Assembly (NCBI GenBank): GCA_965217035.1
Contig: OZ244226.1
Span: forward strand, 2,090,146 to 2,154,145
Direction: 5' to 3'
From: Bacteriovoracaceae bacterium
Lineage (GTDB): Bacteria > Bdellovibrionota > Bacteriovoracia > Bacteriovoracales > Bacteriovoracaceae
DNA length: 64,000 bases
Shown here: positions 48,160 through 57,072 of the stretch, one piece after another
Position numbering within the stretch: the first letter of the stretch is position 1
Layout of the letters: every line of letters begins with the position of its first letter
Program-made: the position numbers and the translations under genes
Notes under the pieces: generated by a model
Database searches by the model: none
What the model was told of the DNA's origin: nothing
Seen by the model: the letters and a program-made list of their open reading frames with translations, nothing else

Positions 48160-48792
48160 TTACTTAATTTTCCAGTAATACTCGGTAACGAGTCGCTTTT
48201 CGAATGGGAAAGGAATATCTTCTGGCATTGGCTCTGCAAGAACCTTTGCTTTTTCACCTTCGCCTGCAGCTTCTTTTTCAAGGTTTGCTGGGATAGTCGA
48301 AATTCTCGGTCTTGTCTTTGCTTGAAGATAGTTGCCTGTTTTAAATCCCTTTTCTGTAAGAGTGATTTCATCACCTACAGTAACAATTTGGTTAGGAGCT
48401 TTAACTGGTTTTCCATTAACAAGAACGTGACCGTGAACAACCATTTGTCTTGCAGCTAAAATGCTTGGTGCCCAGTTAAGTCTAAAGATAACATTATCAA
48501 TTCTTTTCTCAAGACTGATGACTAGAGTATCAACCCATGCTCTCGACTTATCTTTTTTCGCTTTCTTAACAAGGTTAACGAGTTGTTTCTCACGAACACC
48601 GTAATGAAACATAACCTTCTGTTTTTCAATAAGACGGATTGTATAATCGGAAAGCTTTTTTCTTTTCATTCCGTGAACACCTGGTCCATAAGGCTTTCTT
48701 TCAAGTGCTCCCGGCTTTCCAAGTCCTGGAAGTTCTGTCCCAAGACGTCTTTGAATTTTAAATCGTGAACGACCCATAGTAGCTTTAGCCAT
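48160..48792 (-). CDS. rpsD: 30S ribosomal protein S4 (Cys-free type)
   Basis: PG.HG...K.SDY..RL.EKQK, LE.R.DN.IFR, ARQMV.HGH..VNG, EYY. Confidence 0.95.
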   Translation of the reverse strand: MAKATMGRSRFKIQRRLGTELPGLGKPGALERKPYGPGVHGMKRKKLSDYTIRLIEKQKVMFHYGVREKQLVNLVKKAKKDKSRAWVDTLVISLEKRIDNVIFRLNWAPSILAARQMVVHGHVLVNGKPVKAPNQIVTVGDEITLTEKGFKTGNYLQAKTRPRISTIPANLEKEAAGEGEKAKVLAEPMPEDIPFPFEKRLVTEYYWKIK

Positions 48793-48859
48793 TCTTTATC
48801 TCCTTAACTGTTTGAAATAGGTATACTTACTTAACATGTCATTTTAGGGAAATCAAACC

Positions 48860-49330
48860 TTAATCAATGTTAATTTGCTCTAAAAGGTTGAGTTGTTCGA
48901 TAGTTGCCATCGTTGCTTCCCAGCCTTTGTTCCCTGCTTTACTGCCAGAGCGCTCTAGCGCCTGTTCTAGCGTATTTGTAGTGATCACACCGAACCCAAC
49001 AGGGACATCGTAATCATAGCTCACCTGGGCCACACCTTTAGTCACTGATTGGCACACGTAGTCAAAATGAGGAGTCCCACCTTTGATGACAGCACCGAGA
49101 GCGACCATGGCATTATATTTTCTAGTCTGGGCTAGTTTTTTAAGGATTAGCGGAAGTTCAAAGCATCCAGAAACCCAATAAGTATCAATATTATCTTGAT
49201 TGGCACCGTGTCTCAGTAAACAGTCTCTGGCTCCAGACTCCAGTTTTCCGGTGAATATATCGTTGAAGCGGCTGACAACTAAAGCAAATCGTTGCTCGTT
49301 TTTAATTTCAAAACTTCCTTCTAAGTTCAT
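48860..49330 (-). CDS. ribH: lumazine synthase
   Basis: VSRFN, GCFELP, LGAVIKGGTPHFDYV, GNKG.EA. Confidence 0.95.
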   Translation of the reverse strand: MNLEGSFEIKNEQRFALVVSRFNDIFTGKLESGARDCLLRHGANQDNIDTYWVSGCFELPLILKKLAQTRKYNAMVALGAVIKGGTPHFDYVCQSVTKGVAQVSYDYDVPVGFGVITTNTLEQALERSGSKAGNKGWEATMATIEQLNLLEQINID

Positions 49331-49995
49331 GATCGAAATTCCTTCAAGTTAATCAACTCGGCATCATCATCCTCGCCGAGTGATCTTAAAAACTTTTTAT
49401 ATTCAATAAGTTCTTCAATCGAGATTAAAGACATATCAAACTGATTTGAAAGTTGTTTGAGTTCTTCTCCTCTGGCCATTTCACCTTCTTCATTCATAAT
49501 CTCACAGATTACTCCTACGGGTGTTAAACCTGCAAGCTTAAGAAGATCAACGGTAGCTTCAGTATGACCGGGTCTTTCTTCAACTCCACCACTTTTAGCG
49601 ATTAAAGGGAAGATATGGCCAGGCTTCACAAAGTCTTGTTCTTGCACTTTATCCTCAGCCAAAAGTTTCAGAGTATAAGCACGATCATGGGCAGAGATCC
49701 CCGTGCTAATATTGTTTTTTGCATCGATAGAAATAGTAAAAGCTGTTTCGTGGTTCGATTTATTCTCTTGAACCATTAAGGGAAGATTGAGCTCTTCTGC
49801 CTTATTTTTCTCAAGTGGAGCACAGATAAGTCCTCGTCCCCAGCGGGCCATAAGATTAATTTTCTGCGAGGTCGCAAACTGAGCAGCTAGTACAAAGTCA
49901 CCTTCATCTTCACGAGTGTGATGATCTGTTAGGATAACCATTTTTCCAGCCTTCAAGTTCAGGAGTGCCTTTTCAATATTTTCGAAATTCTGCAT
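49327..49995 (-). CDS. ribB: 3,4-dihydroxy-2-butanone-4-phosphate synthase (stand-alone)
   Basis: REDEGD, GLIC, TAFTISID, TGISA.DR, PGHIFPL, GHTEA. Confidence 0.93.
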   Translation of the reverse strand: MQNFENIEKALLNLKAGKMVILTDHHTREDEGDFVLAAQFATSQKINLMARWGRGLICAPLEKNKAEELNLPLMVQENKSNHETAFTISIDAKNNISTGISAHDRAYTLKLLAEDKVQEQDFVKPGHIFPLIAKSGGVEERPGHTEATVDLLKLAGLTPVGVICEIMNEEGEMARGEELKQLSNQFDMSLISIEELIEYKKFLRSLGEDDDAELINLKEFRS

Positions 49996-50020
49996 GCGTT
50001 TTTATATCGAAATAAGCCGT

Positions 50021-50653
50021 TTAGGACAAGTTTTTAATCAACGTGTCAATCTTTTGCGAAGGTTCTTTAAATCGCATGAAGTTCTCCACGTACTTAGCTA
50101 GCACATCCACTTCAATATTGACCTGATCACCGATTTTAAGGTCTTGAAAAGTCGTATTGTCATAGGTGTGAGGGATGATTGAAACAGTAAAACTGTCATC
50201 TGCTAATGTGGCTACGGTCAAGCTGACACCATTAATTGCAACTGAGCCCTCACTAATGAAATAGCGTCGGTAATTAGAAGAAAGAGAGAATTGAAACTCC
50301 CAGTTTTTTCCACGCATATTAATGTTTTGAAGAGACTCAACTGTATTGACATGTCCTTGAACGAAATGACCACCCAAGTGGTCCGTTGCTCTCAAGGCAA
50401 GCTCAAGGTTTACTGTTGATCCCTGGATGAGCTTTCCTGTATTGGTTTTTTTAAGTGTTACATGAACTGCTTGAGTGATAAAACTTTCATCATTAATTTT
50501 TGTTGCTGTTAAACAAGTTCCATTAACGGAAACAGAGTCATCAGTTTTAATTTGTGAGATTAAATGTGGGCAGTGAATTTCAAGTTCCGCTCCTTCATTA
50601 TTAGGAGTTACACTTACAATTTTTCCAACTTCTTTAATAAGTCCCGTAAACAT
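50021..50653 (-). CDS. ribE: riboflavin synthase (alpha)
   Basis: MFTG, SVNGTCLT, GGHFVQGHV, VNIEVD. Confidence 0.95.
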   Translation of the reverse strand: MFTGLIKEVGKIVSVTPNNEGAELEIHCPHLISQIKTDDSVSVNGTCLTATKINDESFITQAVHVTLKKTNTGKLIQGSTVNLELALRATDHLGGHFVQGHVNTVESLQNINMRGKNWEFQFSLSSNYRRYFISEGSVAINGVSLTVATLADDSFTVSIIPHTYDNTTFQDLKIGDQVNIEVDVLAKYVENFMRFKEPSQKIDTLIKNLS

Positions 50654-50814
50654 CTGGCTAACCTAACATCAATAAAGAGATAAGAAAAATCGAAACTTGT
50701 TTCTTCACTTGATCCACTATGTTTCAAAGTAAGGTTTTTAATCTTTAAAATTTCATTTTATTTTGTCAGGCTTAAATTCGCTTTTAATATTATCAATTCG
50801 GACAAGGGGGTTAG

Positions 50815-52425
50815 ATGAGATTATTATTAGCAGTCTTTTTTCTACTAGCGAGTGTTTTTGCAAGCTCGATGGAATTTCGAAAAATTGATGGGTCCATGAA
50901 CAATTCAAAGAATCCGAAATGGGGAAAAGCTGGTGAAACCTTTGCGCGAAGAGTAAAACCTGCTTATTCTGATGGAGTCTCACGCCCAGCAAGATTGAAT
51001 GAGAAGAGTCCTCGAGAAATTAGTAATATTGTTTTGGATCAAAAGGAAAGTTTTCTTAACAAAAGACGTTTGACGGATCTTTTCTGGACTTGGGGGCAAT
51101 TTCTCGACCACGATATAACTCTTACGCAAGGAGCGGAAGAAGAAAAGCTCTTCATTCCAGTCCCATGTGGAGATCCAATATTTGATCCTAATGAAACATG
51201 TAATTCTTTTCTCAGCTTTTTCCGATCTGACTTTGTTATGAAACGTCATTCAAGATTGAGAAAAGCTTTTCGACGACAGATTAATAATCTTTCTTCTTTT
51301 ATTGATGGAAGTAATATTTATGGTTCAAGCGTTTCTCGATTAAAAGCTTTAAGAACTAATGATGGAACAGGACGATTAAAGTTTAGTTCAGGGAGATTCT
51401 TACCTTTTAATGATAAGCTGAAACTCCCAAATGAAGAACCTATTCCAGGCAGGAGATACTATGTTGCAGGAGATGTGAGGGCCAATGAACAGCTTACACT
51501 ATTAGCACTTCATACTCTTTGGATGCGAGAACATAATTATTTGGCAAATAAAATAAGAAAAGAAAGTCCTCATCTCAGTGGAGATGAAGTTTTCTATCGT
51601 GCTCGCGCGATAGTGGGGGCTTTACTTCAAAAGATTACTTATGATGAATGGTTGCCGGCGTTGATGGGGTCGATCAAAATTCCTAAATATAAAGGTTATA
51701 ACTCAGAGCTTAATCCTTCGATTTCTAATCTTTTTGCGACAGTCGCTTTTCGTTTCGGTCATTCGATGATTGCAAAAAATCTTTTACGCTTGAATAATAA
51801 ACTCAAAAAGATTCCTCAAGGACATGTTCTTTTAAAGGAAAGCTTTTTTAATCCTGGATTAATAAAAGAGGGTGGAGGAATTACTCCTCTTATAAATGGG
51901 GCAGTGGTGAGACATGCACAAGAAGTTGATATCAAAATCAATGATTCTTTGAGAAATTTTTTATTTTTTGATGTTCCTTCGGTTAATTCAGGTAGAGGAA
52001 CTGATCTTGCTTCATTAAATATCCAAAGAGGAAGAGATCACGGTCTTCCAAGTTTTAACAGTCTAAGAAAGAGTTTTGGGTTAAAGCCGTATTCTAACTA
52101 TATGGAAATGACTCGTAGTAAATCTGTAGCGAAATCGCTTCAGAAAGCTTATTCCAATATTAATAATGTTGATCCTTGGGTTGGAGTTCTCGCAGAGAAA
52201 AAAGTGAAGGGTTCTGGCTTGGGAGAATTAATGGGAAAAATTTTCGTTGATCAATTTGTAAGACTAAGAGATGGAGATCGCTTTTGGTATCAGAATTACT
52301 TTAAAGGAAAAATACTTGATTGGATTGAAGGTCAAACATTAACAGCTATTATCAGAAGAAATACCAAGTCATCTATTCCTAAAGATTGGAGTGTTTTTCG
52401 AAAACCAAAGAAAAGATCTCGTTAA
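50815..52425 (+). CDS. secreted animal-type heme peroxidase (peroxidase-cyclooxygenase superfamily)
   Basis: WGQFLDHD, SFIDGSNIYG, GDVRANEQ, AFRFGHS, NIQRGRDHG, RDGDRFW. Confidence 0.92.
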   Translation: MRLLLAVFFLLASVFASSMEFRKIDGSMNNSKNPKWGKAGETFARRVKPAYSDGVSRPARLNEKSPREISNIVLDQKESFLNKRRLTDLFWTWGQFLDHDITLTQGAEEEKLFIPVPCGDPIFDPNETCNSFLSFFRSDFVMKRHSRLRKAFRRQINNLSSFIDGSNIYGSSVSRLKALRTNDGTGRLKFSSGRFLPFNDKLKLPNEEPIPGRRYYVAGDVRANEQLTLLALHTLWMREHNYLANKIRKESPHLSGDEVFYRARAIVGALLQKITYDEWLPALMGSIKIPKYKGYNSELNPSISNLFATVAFRFGHSMIAKNLLRLNNKLKKIPQGHVLLKESFFNPGLIKEGGGITPLINGAVVRHAQEVDIKINDSLRNFLFFDVPSVNSGRGTDLASLNIQRGRDHGLPSFNSLRKSFGLKPYSNYMEMTRSKSVAKSLQKAYSNINNVDPWVGVLAEKKVKGSGLGELMGKIFVDQFVRLRDGDRFWYQNYFKGKILDWIEGQTLTAIIRRNTKSSIPKDWSVFRKPKKRSR

Positions 52426-52446
52426 TCTTGGAACTTTGATCACTTC

Positions 52447-52482
52447 TAAGAGCTTGAGGTATTTGAAAACCTTGAGCTCTTA
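52447..52482. terminator. hairpin between convergent peroxidase and ribD
   Basis: TAAGAGCTTGAGGT-N8-ACCTTGAGCTCTTA. Confidence 0.55.
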
Positions 52483-53439
52483 CAATTCAGATCGAGATGA
52501 TATTAACCACCGATCTCCATTGGAGTATTGTCTAATTTCCGAAAGCTCAGGAAGCTGAGTTTCAAGTTTTATTCCATCAGCCCTAAAAGGGGCTTCCATT
52601 ACGCTGAGATAATCATAAACCTCATTCTCAATGAGGTCTTTTGCGAGATTTGGTCCGGCCTCGATATAGAGTGCGCCTATTCCTTGTTTATAAAGGTCTT
52701 TTAGAAACTCTGCCCAATCATCTACTTGGACAACTTCAAAGTCCTCAAGGTTTTCTAGGCTGCGTGAAAGGACAAACTTTTTGGGTTGCTCGAAGTAGGG
52801 AGATTCGAGGAGGTGAATACCTCGTACATTTAACTGAGGAGAGTCTGTTCGAAAAGTTTCTCCTCCGACAAGAATGGCCTGGCATTGGGCCCGCATCCAG
52901 TGAACATCTCTTTTCACTTCATCACCTGTTATCCACTGTCTTTCAGGAATGATTAAAGTTTGATCTTGAGTTTTTGCAATTTTCAAGTGAACAAAAGCTC
53001 TTTGTTCTTTCATATTAATGGTAAAAGCGGGATTTAATCCTTGAACTTCCTTTTCAAGCACGCCTTCAATCACTTCAATTCCTGCCGCTTTGATTTGTTC
53101 AATTCCTCTTCCCGAAACTTCTGGATTCGGATCACGCATACCCACCACAAGTTTTGCAATCTTCTTTTTAATAACAAGAGGAGCGCAAGGAGGAGTTTTT
53201 TTATTGGTATGTGAGCAAGGCTCGAGCGTTATATAAAGTGTCGCTCCTTCAGTGTCTTCTGTTTTACTAAAGACATCGACCTCTGCATGAGGTCCTCCAT
53301 AATATTGGTGAAATCCTGTTGCCAGAACTTTATCATCTTTAACGAGGACAGCTCCAACCATAGGATTAGTCTTAGTGAGTCCCCATCCCATCTTGGCATT
53401 ATTGGTCGCCAAGGCCATATAATCTTCGTGTTTTACCAT
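52480..53439 (-). CDS. ribD: riboflavin biosynthesis deaminase/reductase
   Basis: NPMVGAV, HAE, TLEPC.H...PPC, WITG, D.PQLNVR. Confidence 0.93.
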   Translation of the reverse strand: MVKHEDYMALATNNAKMGWGLTKTNPMVGAVLVKDDKVLATGFHQYYGGPHAEVDVFSKTEDTEGATLYITLEPCSHTNKKTPPCAPLVIKKKIAKLVVGMRDPNPEVSGRGIEQIKAAGIEVIEGVLEKEVQGLNPAFTINMKEQRAFVHLKIAKTQDQTLIIPERQWITGDEVKRDVHWMRAQCQAILVGGETFRTDSPQLNVRGIHLLESPYFEQPKKFVLSRSLENLEDFEVVQVDDWAEFLKDLYKQGIGALYIEAGPNLAKDLIENEVYDYLSVMEAPFRADGIKLETQLPELSEIRQYSNGDRWLISSRSEL

Positions 53440-54404
53440 GAGAAATTGATTCCTTTATAATCCAACTGATCCTCGGGCTTCTCTGCATTTCTTTGATCTT
53501 CGATATATTTTTTATAAAGGGCCATCGAATAAGAAGGAGCGAGTCCAAGCCATTCTTTAATCGTTACTTCTGGTTGTTTTTCAACCAGCCATTTTACAAT
53601 ACAGGACTGTCGGAGTGACTTTGGAGTAATTTGTTCCGTTAGGTCTTTTGAGAATTTATGAAAGATATCTTCTATTCCACGAGGAGAGAGTGATCCCCTT
53701 ATAATTTTATAAGCATTAGCAAAGAAGAAAAGATCATCAATATCTTTTCCTGTCTCATTGAGAACTTTTTCATAGAGTTCAAGATAATCTTCGAATAAAT
53801 TTTTATATTCGAGGGGAACAGGAATGGAATAAGGGTCACGTTTTTTAGGTGTAACTATAACTCGAATTTCATTTTCGCCAATATAAAGATTATCTTTTTT
53901 TAGCTTTGCAAGAGGAGCGACTGAAAGACCGGCTTCGTAAATCAAAGTGAACATAACAGCGTTTCTAAGAATCACCAATTTTTGTAAGTCATTGGTCGTT
54001 GCTTCTTTTTGTTTTTTCAAAGCTTCTTGGGCCATGAAAATTTCAGGATAAGTTGTTGGTGAAGGTGGAAGTAAAGACTTTGGAGCTGAAGCTATCTTTT
54101 TTATCGGATTTTCCGGATAGGCTTTCTTCTCAACAAGGAAATCAAAAAAAAGTCTTAATGTCTGGAGTTTTCTTCGGCGAGAATTAATGCTTGCATATTT
54201 CTTTTCGAGAAAATCTTCAAACTCTCGAACAACGGTATCGTTGAAATCAAGATTTTTATATTCAGAGATAAAGTCATTAAAGCATTCAAAGTCGAGGCGA
54301 TAACATTTTAAACTGTTCGCGCTTTTTCCTTTAGCTTCATAGACTTTTAAAAACTGGGTTTGATAGGGAAGAATCTCGTTAGTATTTAAATTTTGCATGC
54401 TCAC
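53433..54404 (-). CDS. XerC/D-like tyrosine recombinase with a degenerate active site
   Basis: N-terminal SAM-like domain (S.NS...Y..D, R.FF.FL...NP); box I LIYEAGLSV; box II TPKSLRQS...WLGL...ALY. Confidence 0.8.
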   Translation of the reverse strand: MSMQNLNTNEILPYQTQFLKVYEAKGKSANSLKCYRLDFECFNDFISEYKNLDFNDTVVREFEDFLEKKYASINSRRRKLQTLRLFFDFLVEKKAYPENPIKKIASAPKSLLPPSPTTYPEIFMAQEALKKQKEATTNDLQKLVILRNAVMFTLIYEAGLSVAPLAKLKKDNLYIGENEIRVIVTPKKRDPYSIPVPLEYKNLFEDYLELYEKVLNETGKDIDDLFFFANAYKIIRGSLSPRGIEDIFHKFSKDLTEQITPKSLRQSCIVKWLVEKQPEVTIKEWLGLAPSYSMALYKKYIEDQRNAEKPEDQLDYKGINFSW

Positions 54405-54420
54405 TCTTCTGCTTTATGTC

Positions 54421-54487
54421 CTCTAGGTTCGTCGATGTTCCGTCGCGGTATTGCTTATACAGCTTTCGAAACATCTCCTGCCTAGAG
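54421..54487 (-). other. long imperfect hairpin in the 5' leader of the xer-like/ribD unit
   Basis: Nested pairings CTCTAGG/CCTAGAG, GATGTTTCG/CGGAACATC, GTAT/ATAC. Confidence 0.6.
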
Positions 54488-54507
54488 AACAAAATCATTT
54501 GAGTGAA

Positions 54508-54536
54508 ACTATAAGCGCATATTCCCGTTATGGCAA
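54508..54536 (-). promoter_or_regulatory. sigma70-like promoter of the xer-like/ribD unit
   Basis: TTGCCA-17-TATAGT on the minus strand. Confidence 0.6.
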
Positions 54537-54544
54537 CGAAACTC

Positions 54545-55054
54545 TTACTCGAAGCAGTGCTCAAAAGGTTTATCTAAAGTGTAGCCACTAAGGTTGTCTT
54601 TTTTGACTTCGATCCAGTGTTGAAGATTTGTCGGGAGTTTTTCTTCGAGTTTTATTTCATCGCCTTCATAGTGAATCCATTTCTTGGATTTCCGTATCTT
54701 TTTATGACCTTCGCCGAGATAAAAAAATGTATTAACAAGGTCGCCAGGCTTGAGGGCAAGAATTTTTTTATTAACTGATTTTACAAGATAGCTTCCTTTA
54801 TGAAGAATTAAAGCCCTTGGTCCAATCATGATGGCCTTAACTCCGGGCTTAAATTGGCCAAGCTTCTTCGAGTTCTTATCCATTTTTTTGTACAAAGTGA
54901 AAGGTCTAATTGTTTTGATAGGCTTGCCTGCGTCCTTACTATCCCTATAGCCTTGAAAGCAATCACAGGCTTCGCCTTCACATTCTTTGAGAACTTCATA
55001 AGAAAAAGAATTTATTGAAGATACTAGAAGAAAGAGAAACGCTTTTTTTGTCAT
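54545..55054 (-). CDS. secreted hypothetical protein, possibly SH3-like
   Basis: Signal peptide from MTKKAFLF; CEGEAC; LYKK.D..S..LG and W.EVK...LSGY patterns. Confidence 0.6.
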   Translation of the reverse strand: MTKKAFLFLLVSSINSFSYEVLKECEGEACDCFQGYRDSKDAGKPIKTIRPFTLYKKMDKNSKKLGQFKPGVKAIMIGPRALILHKGSYLVKSVNKKILALKPGDLVNTFFYLGEGHKKIRKSKKWIHYEGDEIKLEEKLPTNLQHWIEVKKDNLSGYTLDKPFEHCFE

Positions 55055-55129
55055 ATTAGATTTACTCCACCTGAACAGCTGTTCCATAAGCAAGATTCTC
55101 AGTGGTAGACATAAGCATTTAGTAATCCT

Positions 55130-56266
55130 TTAGTCAGCGAGTGTTTTAACTTCTTCTATTGTCGAAGCTCCAAAGAGTTCTTCGAAAACACGATCAGAAT
55201 AGCCTTTCGATTTACTTTTGATTCTTTCGATTTCTCTTTCGAATTTCCGAGTTTTTTCTGAATTGTGTTCATCGAGACCAATGACTGTCGATCTTTCGTC
55301 TGTCACATGCTCGAACTCGCGTTTTCTTTTCATTTTGAAATCTTTTGGAGCTTTCTCTTTGTATTGTTCAACTGTATAGCGTCGAACGATTCCTTTTTCC
55401 GTAAGCATATCGAATTGTTCTGAGAGAAGATGGAGGCTTTCAACATATCCTCTGTCTCCATTTTCACAGATAATAAAACTTCCTTCTTGAGGAAGTGTTT
55501 TTCTTTTGTGCGCATAAACTTCATCTTCATACTTAATACAGCACTTGATTTGCCCACAAACACCATTCAATTGGCTGAAATTAATCGTTAAGTTTTGATT
55601 TTTGGCCATCTTGAGATTGACATGTCCGTAACGATCTAGAAAAGAAGAGCAACAAAGTTGTCTTCCACAAGCTCCAATCCCACCAACTGCCGCTGCTCTA
55701 TCACGAACTGAAATTTGCCGGAGTTCTATACGAAGTCTGATCTCACTGACGAGATCTTTGACGAGTCCTCTGAAATCAACTCTTGCAGGCGCTGTAAAAT
55801 AGAAAACGCATTTCTTTCCAAACTGAGTGAATTCAACATGAGTAAGATTCATCTCAAGTTCGTGTTTATTAATGAGACGCTTGCAAAGAATTTCTGCTTC
55901 TTTTTCTTTTTTATAGTTTTCTTTTTGCTGTTCAATATCTTCATCGGTCGCAACCTTAGAGATACTTTTGATAGGGAGCATATTTTCTTGGAATTTTTTT
56001 TCGTAAGGAAATGAGTTGATATAGCCAACGGCCATTCCTCGATCACTCATGGCCACAACTTTTTGACCATAAGAGAATGTTCTTTTTCCAATGAGAAAAG
56101 GGTAACTTTTATTATGCCCAGGGAATCGAACACGAACAAAAGTTAGGGGTTGCCCTTCTTTGAAGTTGTGTTTTTTCTTTTCGGTCTCTTGACCCTGGTT
56201 ATTTTTTGGAGGCGTCTTTTCTTCGCCACCGTCTTTTATTTCCTGCGGTTGAGTCATAGAAGACAT
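55130..56266 (-). CDS. ricT: PSP1/RicT (YaaT) family Fe-S protein
   Basis: FYFTA..RVDFR.LVKDL, RIELRQI.VRD, GGIGACGR.LCC, G.CG..KCC.KYE. Confidence 0.88.
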   Translation of the reverse strand: MSSMTQPQEIKDGGEEKTPPKNNQGQETEKKKHNFKEGQPLTFVRVRFPGHNKSYPFLIGKRTFSYGQKVVAMSDRGMAVGYINSFPYEKKFQENMLPIKSISKVATDEDIEQQKENYKKEKEAEILCKRLINKHELEMNLTHVEFTQFGKKCVFYFTAPARVDFRGLVKDLVSEIRLRIELRQISVRDRAAAVGGIGACGRQLCCSSFLDRYGHVNLKMAKNQNLTINFSQLNGVCGQIKCCIKYEDEVYAHKRKTLPQEGSFIICENGDRGYVESLHLLSEQFDMLTEKGIVRRYTVEQYKEKAPKDFKMKRKREFEHVTDERSTVIGLDEHNSEKTRKFEREIERIKSKSKGYSDRVFEELFGASTIEEVKTLAD

Positions 56267-56301
56267 GATAATCTGAGAAAGAACTTCTGTATAGAGATGA
56301 A

Positions 56302-57072
56302 CTATAAGCTTTTATTGAATGCACCAGCAAATTGAAAAAGGAAGTAAGCGCGCTCAGAGATTGGGTTGTGATAACGTTTAGACTCCTCCATCCACCGCAT
56401 TAAACCAGGAAATTTCTCTTTAAATGCTGCAGGTTGGTGAGGGTGCTTTGCCACCCAGCGAGTGAATTCTCCCAGGAGTTGTTTTTCATCTTGCCGGCTT
56501 TCGCTGTAGAGGTTCAGGAAGTGATTCCAATCTCCAGTACCTTTTGAAGAAGGAAGACTCCCAAGAAGAGCATTAAATTTTTCTCTCATTTCAGAGCGAT
56601 CAAGATTGGCTTCCATGATTGTAAGGTCTTCTTTTGAAAGTCTAATTTCCAGCACTCTCGAGGAGATTGTTTCTAATAATGCTGACTTTTTTTGATCAAA
56701 AAGAAGAAAAACTAACCCATTGTGAGGTTCTTCCAAGATTTTCAAAAGCTTATTGAAGACCACATCAGATATTTCATCAACGGGGTAAAGGACACAAAAC
56801 TTATGAGCATTATCAAGGGGGCGAGTCTCTTGAAATCGATAGATCCCTGATATCTGATCGACTTTATAACTTCCAGATTTATCCGGTTCCAAAAATAAAA
56901 TGTCAGGACAGTTTTCAATGGTTTGATAAGTTTTTTGAGAATATTGATTGTAAAAATCTTTTGCCCATTTTTTTACATTATTATAATCAATAGACACAGA
57001 GCTTGTAGGGTAGAGATAGTAAGCTGGGAAAAAACTCTTTGCTTTTAAAAGATTTGATATTGTTTTACTCAT
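56302..57072 (-). CDS. holB: DNA polymerase III delta' subunit (divergent)
   Basis: PD...L.P, KVDQI, NKLLKILEEP, LLETISSR; tmk-holB-ricT synteny. Confidence 0.75.
   Translation of the reverse strand: MSKTISNLLKAKSFFPAYYLYPTSSVSIDYNNVKKWAKDFYNQYSQKTYQTIENCPDILFLEPDKSGSYKVDQISGIYRFQETRPLDNAHKFCVLYPVDEISDVVFNKLLKILEEPHNGLVFLLFDQKKSALLETISSRVLEIRLSKEDLTIMEANLDRSEMREKFNALLGSLPSSKGTGDWNHFLNLYSESRQDEKQLLGEFTRWVAKHPHQPAAFKEKFPGLMRWMEESKRYHNPISERAYFLFQFAGAFNKSL

Noticed and set aside
53433..54404. Prophage or integrative element anchored on the recombinase
   Set aside because: Flanked by core genes; no att repeats or phage/conjugation genes; active site degenerate
54379..54564. 61-aa minus-strand ORF
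   Set aside because: TTG start inside the upstream gene; it spans a promoter and a hairpin that explain the sequence better
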